Source of the DNA: Octopus sinensis
Taxonomy: Eukaryota
Length of the DNA: 64,000 bases
NCBI RefSeq assembly: GCF_006345805.1
Contig: NC_043014.1
Span: 21,080,001 to 21,144,000 of the forward strand
Direction of reading: 5' to 3'
In this document: positions 37,613 through 50,249 of the stretch, in pieces
How the letters are laid out: each line of letters begins with the position of its first letter
Numbering within the stretch: position 1 is the first letter of the stretch
The notes under the pieces: model-generated
Told to the model about the DNA's origin: nothing
The model's input: only the letters and a program-made list of their open reading frames with translations
The model's database searches: none
Made by a program: the position numbers and the translations under genes

Positions 37613-38792
37613 ATTATTATTATTGTTGTTGTTGTTGTAGGCGAGTTAAGACGTGTTTTCAGCGCTCCGTGAGTTTGGATTTTCTTGTGGCTTTTTTCAA
37701 GTTTCTTGACAGTTTTGTTTGTTTGTTTTTGTTTTCTGAACCCCTTTTGGTGTGCTGAAGGGGTTCTTTTGCTGAAAGTTCCCCGCTTTAGGGGCGAATT
37801 TTGGACTTTTTGTCCATTACAAATATTTTTTGTCTTTTCGTCTAACGAAAAACAAGATGGCGTCCTCTGTCGAGGGGAGTCGCGGTGGATTTTCTGGCTG
37901 CCAGTGCGGCCAAGATTTTCCTCCTCTGAACAGCACAAGTACGAACATCACCAACAGTACCAGCACCGCAATTAATATAAAAAAAGTCAAATAAACACCA
38001 TCAACGTCACCACTGACATGAACAAAGGAGCTATTAGTGAGACAAAGCAATAATATCCCACTAAATATTCCAAAAGAAATTATAATGGACACAAACCGTA
38101 AAACAATTACAAATTATAAACAAAAAAAAAATGACTTTAGAACGAGCAACACAACACAACTAGAACTAATACTGAAACCGATTTGGAAAGATAAAACTTA
38201 TGTGACACGGGGAAAACGATTCGGTACTGTAGAAATGCGCTTCGCAACGGAGGAAGAAGCAAGAAAACATTCCACAATGCCACTACTATCGGAAGACCTT
38301 ATGCTCATGCCGACGTATCTTGGTTGGCGCGTTACAAAATTTAAAGTTGGGGAGGTGCCTTCTGAAATAAATATATGCTGGCTGGTAGCGGCTGTCCTCT
38401 ATGATATAAGAGAACACTGCTACAACACTGGAGGTGCATAAATTGCACCAAGAAAATTGGACGGGTCAGGGATTAGAGCTTCTTGCTCAAATTGAACAAG
38501 GGGCCCTAAATTCTATCCCTGACACCATACCAGACGGCACGAGACTACATGCAGCCGCGGAGGGCAGGCGGCCGAGATGCTACTTTTGTGGAAGTGATCA
38601 GCATCTCAAGGTGGACTGCCCCTATTACAAAGAAATGCGAAGAAAAGCTGCAAGCGACAGCAGAAGCGGAAGAACCTCCAGTGCAGCCGCAACAACAACA
38701 GCAGCAGCAGAAACCAACCCCATCACTACCAGCAACAGCAACGCCGCCTCCATCAGTCAACAGGGCATCACCAGCACCAACAACACTGGATG

Positions 38793-39026
38793 GAATACCA
38801 CCACCAGTCAGAGTACCACCACCAGCCGGAGTACCACCACCAGTCGGAGTACCACCACCAGCCGGAGTAACACTACCAGCCGAAGTACTACTACCATTCG
38901 GAGTACCTCCACCAGTCGGAGTACCACCACCAGCCGGAGTACCACCACCAGCCGGAGTAACACTACTAGCCGAAGTACTACCACCAGCCGGAGTACCACC
39001 ACCAGTTGGAGTATCACCACCAGCAA
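38793..39026 (+). repeat. 18-bp minisatellite (about 13 units, consensus gagtaccaccaccagccg) inside ORF1
   Basis: Units start at 38811, 38829 and so on to 39009, plus a degenerate unit from 38793. Confidence 0.92.
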
Positions 39027-41425
39027 CATATAAACTTCAGCAAAGCGAATAAAACAACTCGGACTGTTCGAGTATTGAGGCCGAGAAGGGAGAGTGGCAA
39101 ACTGTTCCCCCCAACAAAGGGGAAAAAAAGACAGTAGAAGAAAAGAGGGTGAGGCACAAACAGGAGAAATTTCTCAACAGCCGCAACAGCACACACAACA
39201 ACCAACAACAACAACATCACTACCACCACCAACACCGACACAGTACACAGCACAGACTGCACTAACACCACCAACCTCACAGCCATTGACACCGACAACA
39301 CACACCTTGTTAAATACATCAGAGAACACACAGGCACCACAATTGAAGACTTAGTCTTCCCACACGAGGCACCACCACCACACATACAAAATTTAAAACT
39401 GAAACAGGACACCTACAACACAAAAATTATTTTTCCAAATGCTGTTGGGTCATTTCAGAAAACATTTTCGAAAAGACTGTACAAAATCCACGTAGAAACG
39501 CCCACAACAGAAACCAGGGTGTCACCCTTGCCAGACAACAATGGTAAGTAGAGCTCTTCTCCATCCTAAATTTATTTAACATGGTGATGCTCAGAATAGT
39601 TTGTATAAAATGTCAGGGACCTCGGGTCGCCTTAGAAACAAGGTCACCTTTTAAATGACCTGAAGGCCCTTAGTTGCAGCTATTAGTGAATCCAGACGAT
39701 CCTATCTACAGACCTCATCACCTTTTTCGAAATTTTTCTATCTCCATATCGGTCGGTGGTGGTACTGTGGTGCTTTTCCGGAAGGGTCTGGATTTGAAAA
39801 TAAAGGCGGTCTTTCTGGATCCAGAAGGTAAGTTGGTGGTCCTAGATGTGAGCAGCCGTGACGGCGGTGCTTTCAGACTGGAGGCTATCTATGCAGGGCG
39901 ATCTTATTACTTCAGGCGTCTGGAGGTTTTCCTCGGAACGTCTGTAATACGTCTGTATTAGTAGGGGATTGGAACGCTGTCTTAGATGAACGTTTCGATT
40001 GCGTGGGAGTATCTGATAGGAGAGGTGGAGTGCAAAAGCCTCAAAAACCTGCTCACACAATTTCAATTGTCTGACAGGTACCGACTAGATTACCTGAATG
40101 TGTCAATGTGGACTTGGACAAACTGTATCGGGTCATCTAAATCGTATCTAGACAGGGTATTTTGTAGGCCAGCGAACAAGCATAGCATAGGGTGTTCATA
40201 ATTTCACATAGTCAGCTACACAGACTTCAAATTTGTGATCTGAAAGGTCGACTTAGATAGGCTTCATAGACAGGGTCCGGTTACTGGAAGTTGAACACGT
40301 CGTTACCGGCGTGTCAAGATTACAGAGACCGGATTAGCGAATTAGTTAAGCGGGCGTTGACGGGAGCACTCGTCAGCAACAACTGGTTGTTTGAGCTTAA
40401 AAGGGCAATTAGAGTAGAATCCATTAGGTTTAGCAAGGCATTAGCGGTAGAGATGACTAGAATAGAGAGAGAATTAGTTAGAAAGTTAGATAAGGCGCTT
40501 AGGACAGGCATTGCAATTGACGTGTTGGCGGCGAGATTAGCCCTTGACCAATTTTTCGACTCCAAACACGAAGGCTGAATTGTCAGTTCACTAAGCAGGG
40601 AGGGAACGAAAGCGTCACGATGGGCTCGCGTGGCGGAGGCGAAAAGTGGCAATAAAGCCACTATTCGGTCTTTGATGGACCAGAGCGGGCGTGTGGTGTC
40701 AAGCCGAAACAGATGTGCGCGGCTTTTCAGTGGCGCTTTGCTCGACTGTTCAGAATGAATGGTAGGACGGATAACAGGGCAGACTTCGGTGTCTACCTGG
40801 ACGGCCTTCCACGACTCTCGGCGAGCGAAGCGGAGTGCTGCGAAAAGCCGATAATAGCCGCGGAAATACAGGAAGCGATGAAGAGTGCACGAGAGGTAGA
40901 TCGTCAAATCTGGATGGTCTGCCCTACGAGCTTTATAGTTCGATGCCAGACTTGTTTGCGGGCCTCTTAGCAAGCCTCTACTGCAACTGGCAGCAGAATG
41001 GGAAAATTCCCACTTTTGTCTGTCGTGGGGTGGTGGCACTGCTAAGAAAGGACCCAAATAAGGGGGACGTCATAGAAAATGTCAGGCCCATCACTCTGCT
41101 CAATGCAGAGTTGAAGATTTTGGCCAAGGTATTAGCCAAGAGGTTGGCGCTTGTCGTGCTGGTTGGCGAAGCGTGAACATGCGCCATCCCAACCAGGAGT
41201 ATTCACCATAACCTCCAACTTATGTGCTACATCATAGAGAGGGTGGGTAACGAAGCTTGTATGGATGGGGCTCTGATCAATTTAGATCAATCTAAAGCCT
41301 TTTATAGAGTCGACCATCAATACTTAGCAGCTGTCCTTAAGGCGGTCCAGTTTTCCGCGGTTGGTTCGCTGCTCTGTACAGCGGCATCTGCTCGGTTGTT
41401 CGGGTGAATGGTCACCTGTCGGAGC

Positions 41426-41668
41426 TAGCAGAAACGTTAGCGGCGAGCTAGCAGAAACGTTAGCACACCGGGCGAAATGCTTAGCGGTATTTCGTCTGCG
41501 TTACGTTGTGAGTTCAAATTCCGCCGAGGTCGACTTTGCCTCTCATCCTTTCGGGGTCGATAAATTAAGTACCAGTTACGCACTGGGGTCTATGTAATCG
41601 ACTTAATACCTATGTCTGTCCTTGTTTGTCCCCTCTGTGTTTAGCCCCTTGTGGGTAATAAAGAAATA
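41426..41668 (+). mobile_element. SINE family B inserted in the RT region of Tx1 copy 2, 16-bp TSD
   Basis: ggtcacctgtcggagc at 41410-41425 and 41669-41684; A-box-like tagcagaaacg, B box gagttcaaattcc; tail gccccttgtgggtaataaagaaata. Confidence 0.92.
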
Positions 41669-43324
41669 GGTCACCTGTCGGAGCCATTCAGCATTTTGCG
41701 TTCGGTCTGTCAAGGGTGCCCTCTCTCTCTCTATGTGCTGACTCTTGAGCCATTACTGCGGAAGTTGGAGGCTTTGATGGGTATCCTGCATGATCTAGGA
41801 TGTGGGAGAAGTATGTCTGCTTAAGTTGATGATGTCACCGTCATAGTGTCGAGCCACAGGCATAAAGAACCGATTGGCGAAACACTACAGGAATATGAAG
41901 CGATGACAGGAGCAAAAATTAACGCGGAAAAGTCAATGGGTTAGCAACTCGGTACCTGGAGAGACAAGTCCTTGACGCCCAACAGCGTGGTGGGACGCTG
42001 GACAGACGGTCACGTTAAGTTGATTGGAGTCTGGTTTGGTTCGGACTTCCAAGTGGAGATCTGGGTCGAGGTGATGAGCAGGGTAGCCAATCTCACTCAG
42101 AAATGAGCCGAGAGGAAATTGTCCCTGAAAAGTCGAGCGGAGGTGGCGAATGCATACATCGCATCTATTACCGCTTGATTGTCGTTCCTTGCCCCGTTTA
42201 TGGAAGGGCGCTCCATCTGCTGTCAACAGCCGCTGAATAGAGGGCTGGGCATGCCGTAGTTGCTGATGCGCAGACATGCGCTGAGGCTGCGGCTTCTACA
42301 GCGTTTCTTTGACGGTGAGCAGGTGTCGTCACCGTTTGTAAGAGGCACTTTTCCATAGCTCGTCTCTTTGAATGAGCTGCAATCCTGGCTTAGGGCGTAG
42401 ACCGAGGAGGGGCACTTGGCACCTCGAGTACCGTCAAGCGCTCACAGTCCTCCGCCAGGCAGACAATGTGGTGGGTAGTAGTTCCATTTTAGCGTTCTAT
42501 AGAGGGTTAGTGAAGGGAAAGTGCAACGACGTTATCGGGGAAACTCTGAGCATCAATGAAGATCAACTAACCGGTCTGTTTCGGAGAACTTTCTGGCCTG
42601 GGCCTATGGATAACTTCCAGAAATCCCTGCCTAACAGTGCTACCGAGTGTTCGGGATAAACTTTACAGGCACGGAAGTGCCGTCAGCCGGGCCTGCCCGA
42701 GGTACCACCAGAATGATGAAACCGTTCTGCACGCCCTAGTCCTGTGCCTGAGTATTGTTGACCAGTGGGTTTATGTCGAACACCTGCTGTCGCGTTTAGG
42801 ACGGATCCTGCTATCAGCTGAATCCATTGTGAAGATTGCCCCACCGTCCTCTTTTGGCCGGGCGGGGCAGGCAATTTTTATTTGCCTAGTGGCTGTAGCG
42901 TTTGAAAGAGCTAAAGAAAACACTTTCCTCTTTGGCCAAGCCCTCATCAACTTTTTCAAGTTTCACTTGCAAAGGAAGTTGAGGGTAGAGAAAAAAGTGT
43001 TGCCTTGTAGCAAGTTTGTTGAAAAGTAGGTGAATGTTGGAAGAATGGCCAGAGTGAAAGGAGCAATTCTGAGTGTGCCACTGTAAAAAAAAGAAGAGCT
43101 CATGCCATAGCTTTTGTAGGTTTTTCCACGAAGACCTTAAACCGCCTTCCCTATTAGAGGTTTTAATTTGTTCAATTCTTTTTGTTATTACATTGTGTAC
43201 ACGCGAAAACCCATTGTATCATCCTGTTTTTGTCTTTTATGTTGTATGCCTTTTAATGTTTTGTATGTGAGCCCTTGTGGCTAATAAAAGAATTATTATT
43301 ATTATTGTTGTTGTTGTTGTTGAG

Positions 43325-44434
43325 ACGGCGAGCTGGCAGAACCGTTAGCACGCCGGGCAAAATGCTTAGCGGTATTTTGTCTGACACTACGTTCTGAGTT
43401 CAAATTCCGCCGAGGTCGACTTTTCCTTTTATCCTTTCGGGGTCGATTAAATAAGTACCAGTTACGCACTGGGGTAGATATAATCGACTTAATCCGTTTC
43501 TCTGTCCTTGTTTGTCCTCTCTGAGTTTAGCTCCTTGTGGTATTTGCCTGTCTCTAAGTTCTGAGTTCAAATTCCGCCGAGGTCGACTTTGCCTTTTATC
43601 CTTTCAGTGTCCAGTTGAACACGGAAGTTGATATAATCGACTTACCTCTTCCACCCAAATTTCAGGTCTTGCGTCTCTAGTAGAGATGATTGGTGAACTA
43701 GCAGAATCGTTAGCACGCCGTGAAAGCTGCCATCTTTATGTTCTGAGTTCAAATTCCGCCGGGATCAACTTTACCTTTCATCCTTTCGGAATCGATAAAT
43801 TAAGTACCAGTGAAACACTGGGGTCGATGTAATTGACTAGCCTTCTCCCCCAAAATTTCATGGTTTGTGCCTTTAGTAAAAAGGATTATTGTTATTGTTG
43901 TTGTTACTAAAAGAGGTGCGCTGACAGAATCGTTTGCACGCAGAACAAAATACTTAGCGGTATTTCGTCTGTCCTTACGTTCTGAGTTCAAATTCCGCCG
44001 GAGCCAACCTTTCATCCTTTCGGGGTCGATAAATTAAGTACCAGTTACGCACTGGGGTCGATGTAATCGACTTAATCCTTTTGTCTGTCCTTTTTGTCCT
44101 ATCTGTGTTTAGCCTCTTGTGGGTAGTAAAGAAATAGGTATTTCGTCTGCCGTTACGTTCTGAGTTCAAATTCCGCCGAGGTCGACTTTGCCTTTTATCC
44201 TTTCGGGGTCGATTAAATAAATACCAGTTACGCACTGGGGTCGATGTAATCGACTTAATCCGCTTGTCTGTCCGTGTTTGTCCCTTCTGTGTTTAGCCCC
44301 TTGTGAGTAGTTACGTTCTGAGTTCAAATTCCGCCGAGGTCGAATTTGCCTTTTATCCTTTCGGGGTCGTTAATCCCTTTGTCTGTCCGTGTTTGTCCCC
44401 TCTATGTTTAGCCCCTTGTGGGCAATAAAGAAAT
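43325..44434 (+). mobile_element. Head-to-tail array of full and partial SINE B units
   Basis: The block gttctgagttcaaattccgc recurs near 43370, 43559, 43740, 43978, 44157 and 44314. Confidence 0.9.
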
Positions 44435-44790
44435 AAGAAGCTTGCTTCCCAGCAACGTGGTTCCGAGTTCAGTCCCGCAACTTGACACCTTTGGCAAGTG
44501 TTTTCTACTATAGCCTCGAGCCGACCAAAGTTTTGTGAATGGAATTGGTTGACGGAAACTGAAAAAAGTCCGTCGTATATACGTATGCATGTATGTATAT
44601 ATATGTGTGTGCGTGCGCGTGTCTTTGTGTCTGTTTACCCCCTCTCATCGCTGCTTGACAACCGGTGCTCGTGTGTTTACATCCCCATAAACTAGCGATA
44701 CAGCAAAAAAAAATCGATAGAATAAGTACTAGATTTTAAAAAGCATGGCCGCAGTCTAATGGCTGAAACAAGTAAAAGATAACAGATAAT
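44435..44790 (+). mobile_element. SINE family A lacking the first about 20 nt, fused to the SINE B array
   Basis: aagaagcttgcttccc..gttcagtccc..ctttggcaagtg..ggaaactgaaa..gcatggccgcagtc. Confidence 0.8.
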
Positions 44791-45136
44791 AGAAAATCTG
44801 ATTTGACTCAGATTAAATGACTAATAGTGATGTAATTAATTATTTCTTCAAAGTCTCACAATGCTGTATATTAACGTTTGTAGCCATGTTTTTGGCGGTT
44901 TTTGGCAGTTTGAGTTAGGAAGGATTTGGACTACGAACAAAAGACCGCTAAGGCTCGACTTTTAGATTTGGACATTCTAGTCATTCAAGTACCTCGACTT
45001 TATTAGTATCAGCTTTTCTCAGTCTTTTGGTGGTGGCTGGCGCTCATAATGACAACGAATCGTTTGAACTTACATCTCAACGTCTTCTAGAAGTAAAACG
45101 CCTTGGACTGACTGCTTTAATGAAACACATACACAC

Positions 45137-45226
<90 letters not shown>

Positions 45227-45456
45227 GTGTGCGTGTGTAGCCGAAATTGCGAGGATGATCCGGTTCTTGACTGAAGATAAAAGGCTTCGAATGACCCGTC
45301 CGTGTTTTTTGTATCGTCTATCTGGATATTTTGTTGTCCCCTTTTGTATCATCTAGTTGTCCAGATGTTTTGCGTTCTTGTCCCATTTTGTATTTTATTT
45401 TATAAATATATATAAATATACATATATATATACATTCACATATATGTATGTATATT

Positions 45457-45537
<81 letters not shown>

Positions 45538-45676
45538 GCTACCTGCAAATATAAACTCAAAACAGCGTGATGAATACTCTCGTTTTTCCTACCCACACAC
45601 ACATATATATATATACACACATGTTTATGTACACACACACATACACATACACACACACACACGCACACACGCACAC

Positions 45677-45710
<34 letters not shown>

Positions 45711-46238
45711 TCTTTTTGTGTGTGTCTCTTATCGGTATCTCGGCATTTCTCATTCATTCACTCCCTATCTCTCTTTTTCTCAATGTCACTTTTTCTCCCA
45801 GCCCCCCTCCCCCCCTCACTACCTGTGTTCATCTGTCTCGGAAGATCAAAGGTCCGTAATATCAGCATGTCACCAAGCACTCTTCAAATCATAATATTTA
45901 CGGCAGGCGCCAATTCTCGCTCAACACGCACAGACACAGCAGCCAAACACAAAAATTACATATACAAACACGTACGCGCAGACAAACATGCGCACACATA
46001 CATATAAATACAGAGAGGCTCAGGAGCACACATACTCGTAGAGACACAGACACTCTTGCATATCCATATACCTACAGACACACAGTCAGGTACATATACA
46101 TAAGTAATGATTTTAAATTTGGGTATACACCTTATAGTCTGCCGTTTCAAACCCGTTCACTGTTTTCGGTTGTTATCAACAGTATGGGTATAGATTCCAC
46201 TGGATTTATTCCAGGAACTCTTCCATGTCCATAGAGTT

Positions 46239-46350
46239 TATAAAATATGAGAGAAAGAAAATGGAAGTCACGAGACTCTTTATTATTCATTATGATTGTT
46301 TCGACCCATTGGTGACTGTGAATTCCAGTTTCTTTGTCTCATATTTTATA
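46239..46350. repeat. Short inverted repeat (MITE-like hairpin)
   Basis: tataaaatatgagagaaagaaaatggaa / ttccagtttctttgtctcatattttata. Confidence 0.6.
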
Positions 46351-46364
46351 CATATATACATATA

Positions 46365-46775
46365 GGCGTAGGAGTGGCTGTGTGGTAAGTAGCTTACTTA
46401 CAAGCCACATGGTTTCGGGTTCAGTCCCACTGCGTGGCACCTTGGGCAAGTGCCATCTACTATAGTCTCGGGCCAACCAAAGTCTTGTGAGTGGATTTGG
46501 TAGACGGAAACTGAAAGAAGCCGGTCGTATATATGTATGATATATATGTATGTGTGTGTATATGTTTGTGTGTCTTTGTACCCGCCAACATCGCTTGATA
46601 ACCGATGCTGGTGTGTTTACATCCCCGTAACTTAGCGGTTCTGCAAAAGTGTTCGATAGAATAAGTACTAGGCTTACAAAGAATAAGTCCTGGGTTCGAT
46701 TTGCTCGACTAAAGGCGGTGCTCCAGCATGGCCACAGTCACATGACTGAAACAAGCAAAAGAGTAATAGAGTAAA
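46365..46775 (+). mobile_element. Full-length tRNA-derived SINE family A with internal microsatellite
   Basis: A box tggctgtgtgg, B box ggttcagtccc, CORE-like accttgggcaagtg, internal (TA/TG)n, and 3' ggcggtgctccagcatggccacagtc..gactgaaacaag. Confidence 0.9.
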
Positions 46776-47369
46776 GCGTATAAGCAGACAAACGTGCTCG
46801 ATCCAAGAAGGGTAATCTCAAGGTGGGTGGACCATATGCTAGAAATAGCAGCCAAATCTTCCTCGATTAAATTTGCGTCTTGGAAAAGGATGGTCACATT
46901 GAATTGTGTCATCCTAACGACATTACTCTTCTGAATAAAACAGATTGGTCATTGCTGAAATATCTTTGATCATATGTCTGCGCAATAAGAGCTGACCTGG
47001 GGTTAAATAAAAGCAGCAGGACATAAGCACACGACAGAGGTTCGAGAAGTCACACACATATACAAGATACATACATGCACGCACGTACACACACACACGC
47101 GTTTTGAAGAAACTGGCTTGTGGATGTATCAGTTCAAATATGTTTGCGTGGAGAAAATTCTCGGTTTAGGCAACGGTGTTAAAACACCAACAATCATTTC
47201 AGGATGTTCTCGATAAAACGATGAATGCATTTCTGCCTACTTGGCTAATATCAGTATCGAGTATTACAAGAGAAGCAACTCTGATTTAACTTTGGAAGCC
47301 GTAACTTACTTATGGTGCAGATGCGGCATTTCAGGCCTACACAAACAGGAACATACATAGATATACATG

Positions 47370-47848
47370 CCGTAAAACCTCGAGTATAATCCGCATTTTT
47401 TCCAAAAATTTAAAGGTCAAATTCCCTAGTGCGTATTATATACGAGGACAAAAATGAAAATTATTTTCTAAGCATTGTTCGAATCTCTATTTGCTGTCCG
47501 GCAATGTTTATTCAGACGCATTTTGTGATGTCGGGCGCGAAAATACCTTAAATCATCCATGACTTGCAGTAAGCAACATTTATTAAACGTTATTACTGTT
47601 ATTTCTTTATTTTCTGCAAACAAAATGCACAAAAATGCTACACGTTTGCATTATGTTATATATACAATAATAATAAAGGACGTTACCGTATACATTTTTA
47701 CAGACCAAGGACGCTACATAGACCTCCTTGACTCAAGTTAGAGAAGGGGTGCGTATTATACACAAGGTTTATGTTTTCCAGAGGTACAGCCCCCTAAAAA
47801 TCCCCTGCATATTATACTCAAGTGCGGACTATACTCGAGGATTTACGG
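47370..47848. mobile_element. Tc1/mariner-superfamily (pogo/Tc2-like) MITE
   Basis: TIRs ccgtaaaacctcgagtataatccgca / tgcggactatactcgaggatttacgg, with TA on the right and TG on the left. Subterminal gtgcgtattata appears twice. Confidence 0.8.
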
Positions 47849-48357
47849 TACATGAACTCATTTAGAAACAGAAACTGGCCCGTACACACCAGTCTCTGGT
47901 CATTATTGCTTTACTTTCCTTTCTTTCCTTCTTCTTCCTCCTCCTCCGCCTTTACTTCTCTATCGCCTTCACGATTTCTTATCCCCCTCTCTCTCTCTTC
48001 CTTTATTCTTTTACTCTACCTCTTTCTTCTTCTCCTCTTACTGCTTTCCCCCTCTTTCTCTTCTTCTTGTTCCTTTCTTTATTCTTTTCTCTCTCTTATC
48101 CCATCCTCTAACTCTTCCTCTTCCACCTTCTCACTATTAATACTACAACAGTTTCTCACCTCATACCGATATTTTTCTTTCTACTACTATTGTCCTCCTC
48201 CTTCCACAATATATTTTCCTTCTCCTACCATCCCCCTCTCTCTAATCACTTCTCCACTTCTTTCTAACACTCATTCGAAACATATTACCAACAAATATGT
48301 TAAAGTGAATTCTAGGAAGCTGGAAGAACATTCGTCAATTTTAGATTGCTAATAGAC

Positions 48358-48407
<50 letters not shown>

Positions 48408-48700
48408 CCATCATCATCATCGTCGTCGTTGTCGTCGTCATCATCGTTGTCACCGTCAATATCTATGCCGTCGTCTTCGTTTTCTTTATTATCGACATTG
48501 CCATCATCACCATCATGATCGTTAACTCCATCATCATGACAACCACTACTATCAGCAACTTTCATAATTAACACCATGATTATTACCATGATCACACCGC
48601 AGCCACCATCACTCCATCACCACCACCACTACTACCAATACCACTACCAACAACAACAAAACACCACCACCATAGTTATCAAGTCCATCGAAACGATTAC
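48358..48700. repeat. (CAT)n and related trinucleotide low-complexity tract
   Basis: Direct reading. Confidence 0.9.
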
Positions 48701-49119
48701 TCATGTTACAATGTTAATTTTTTATTTGTTGGTGTATTCCATCAATCCCAAGATTTTGATCACGTTACACTGACGTCACAGTGGTTTCCGACCTCCATTA
48801 GCAGTACCCGGATGTCAACAGTCAACTCACGCAAAAAACTGAGATCTAAAGACAGAGAGAGAGAAAGAAAGGAAATGATTGCAACATCAACATCAATTCA
48901 GATAAGGCTAAAATGGCGGGTAAAAAGAAGGTTGCATTCTGACGTGTGTCACATCAACAGCATCCGGGACCCTTCAACAGTCATCAGCAACATCCGGGGT
49001 TTTTCAACAGACATCAGTCGTAAAAACATGGTTCATTTCAACAGTCGCTATCAAAATAAACTTGATGTTGATGGCTATTAACTGATGTTTATAATTACTG
49101 AAGATAAAACAACAGCAAT

Positions 49120-49159
<40 letters not shown>

Positions 49160-49374
49160 CAACACAGCAACAACAAGAATGACGACAACAACAACAGTTA
49201 CAAGAACAATGACAAAAATTTTTTTAAATACTAAGAAAAAGAACCACCAATGCAATAAAAGCAACAACAAAAATAGCAGCAACTACAACAACAGCAACAA
49301 AAACTGAAATACCATCAGCTACATCATCCATATGGTCAACAACTGTAAAACTTTTGACGCAAGACTTGTATTTT

Positions 49375-49535
49375 GGGGAGTTGGTAAGTCGATTATAACG
49401 ACCCAAGTGTGTGATTCGAAAAGATAAAAGACAAAGCTGACCTCGGCGGAATTTGAACTCGGAACCCAAGGATGGACGAAATGCGGCTAAGCATTTTGCT
49501 CGGCGTGCTAACGATTCCGCCAGCTCATCGCCTTA
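49375..49535 (-). mobile_element. SINE family B, partial
   Basis: cctcggcggaatttgaactc..gctaacgattccgccagctc is the reverse complement of the family B head. Confidence 0.8.
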
Positions 49536-50249
49536 ACACCTGTAATAATAACGAAGAAAAAACAAGCGAAACAACTGAGAATAAAAGTCCTGAACAACAA
49601 CGCCAAATCCAATGCGGACTAGAGTTTCAGATGACCAAAAAATGTGGTTTAATGAAAAGAACGGAACAGTGAAAGAGTTTATTGGGGAAGTTTTGATAGA
49701 GGTGTTATACAGCAATATTTAAAACCGTTTGCTAATACATAAATATATCCACTCTACTCACGACATGTACTGGGTGTTCATTTGAACTACGTTTTTTTTC
49801 AGATCATACTAGCTCCATCCCAAATGTGTACACATAAACATACACACACGCACACACACACGCACGCACACACACACACACGCATACACACACACACAAA
49901 CAAACACACATACATATGAATTTCAACATATGAATTTGGCGATGTCAGGAAAAAAAGATGCTAGGGGTAGAAATGAGCGGACATGACAAACGAACACGAA
50001 CAGAAAAATTACACAAATGCAATAACAGGAACAGGTAAGGTCTCTAGAATTGATGGTAAATAAAGACGAATTATGAGGAAAATGGGGGAAATGATATATA
50101 AGGAAGAAATGAATAGGCAAGAAAAGTAAAATTACGTCTTGCGACTCTGAAACAAGAATAAGCGGCGTGTGCATAATAGATGTAGACAAACTCAATCCAT
50201 CATCAGTGTTATCGACCAAATATCGCTAGATAATATGAATATGTATATA

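Larger units (their letters stand above)
37639..43294 (+). mobile_element. Full-length but degraded Tx1/L1-clade LINE, copy 2
   Basis: ORF1 pieces (38037..38441; 38434..39033 with RPRCYFCGSDQHLKVDCP). ORF2 relic about 39581-43083 is collinear with copy 1 (SYLDRVFC, PGYWKLN, RPITLLNAELKILAKVLAKRL, DQSKAF, DETVLHAL). 3' end gcccttgtggctaataaaag. Candidate 26-bp TSD. Confidence 0.9.

Noticed and set aside
38793-39026. CRISPR-like array
   Set aside because: Contiguous tandem units with no spacers, in a eukaryotic LINE.
45022-45092. Possible exon (cttttctcag..GAA|gtaaaa; LLVVAGAHNDNESFELTSQRLLE)
   Set aside because: Weak donor, unrecognised peptide and no partner exons.
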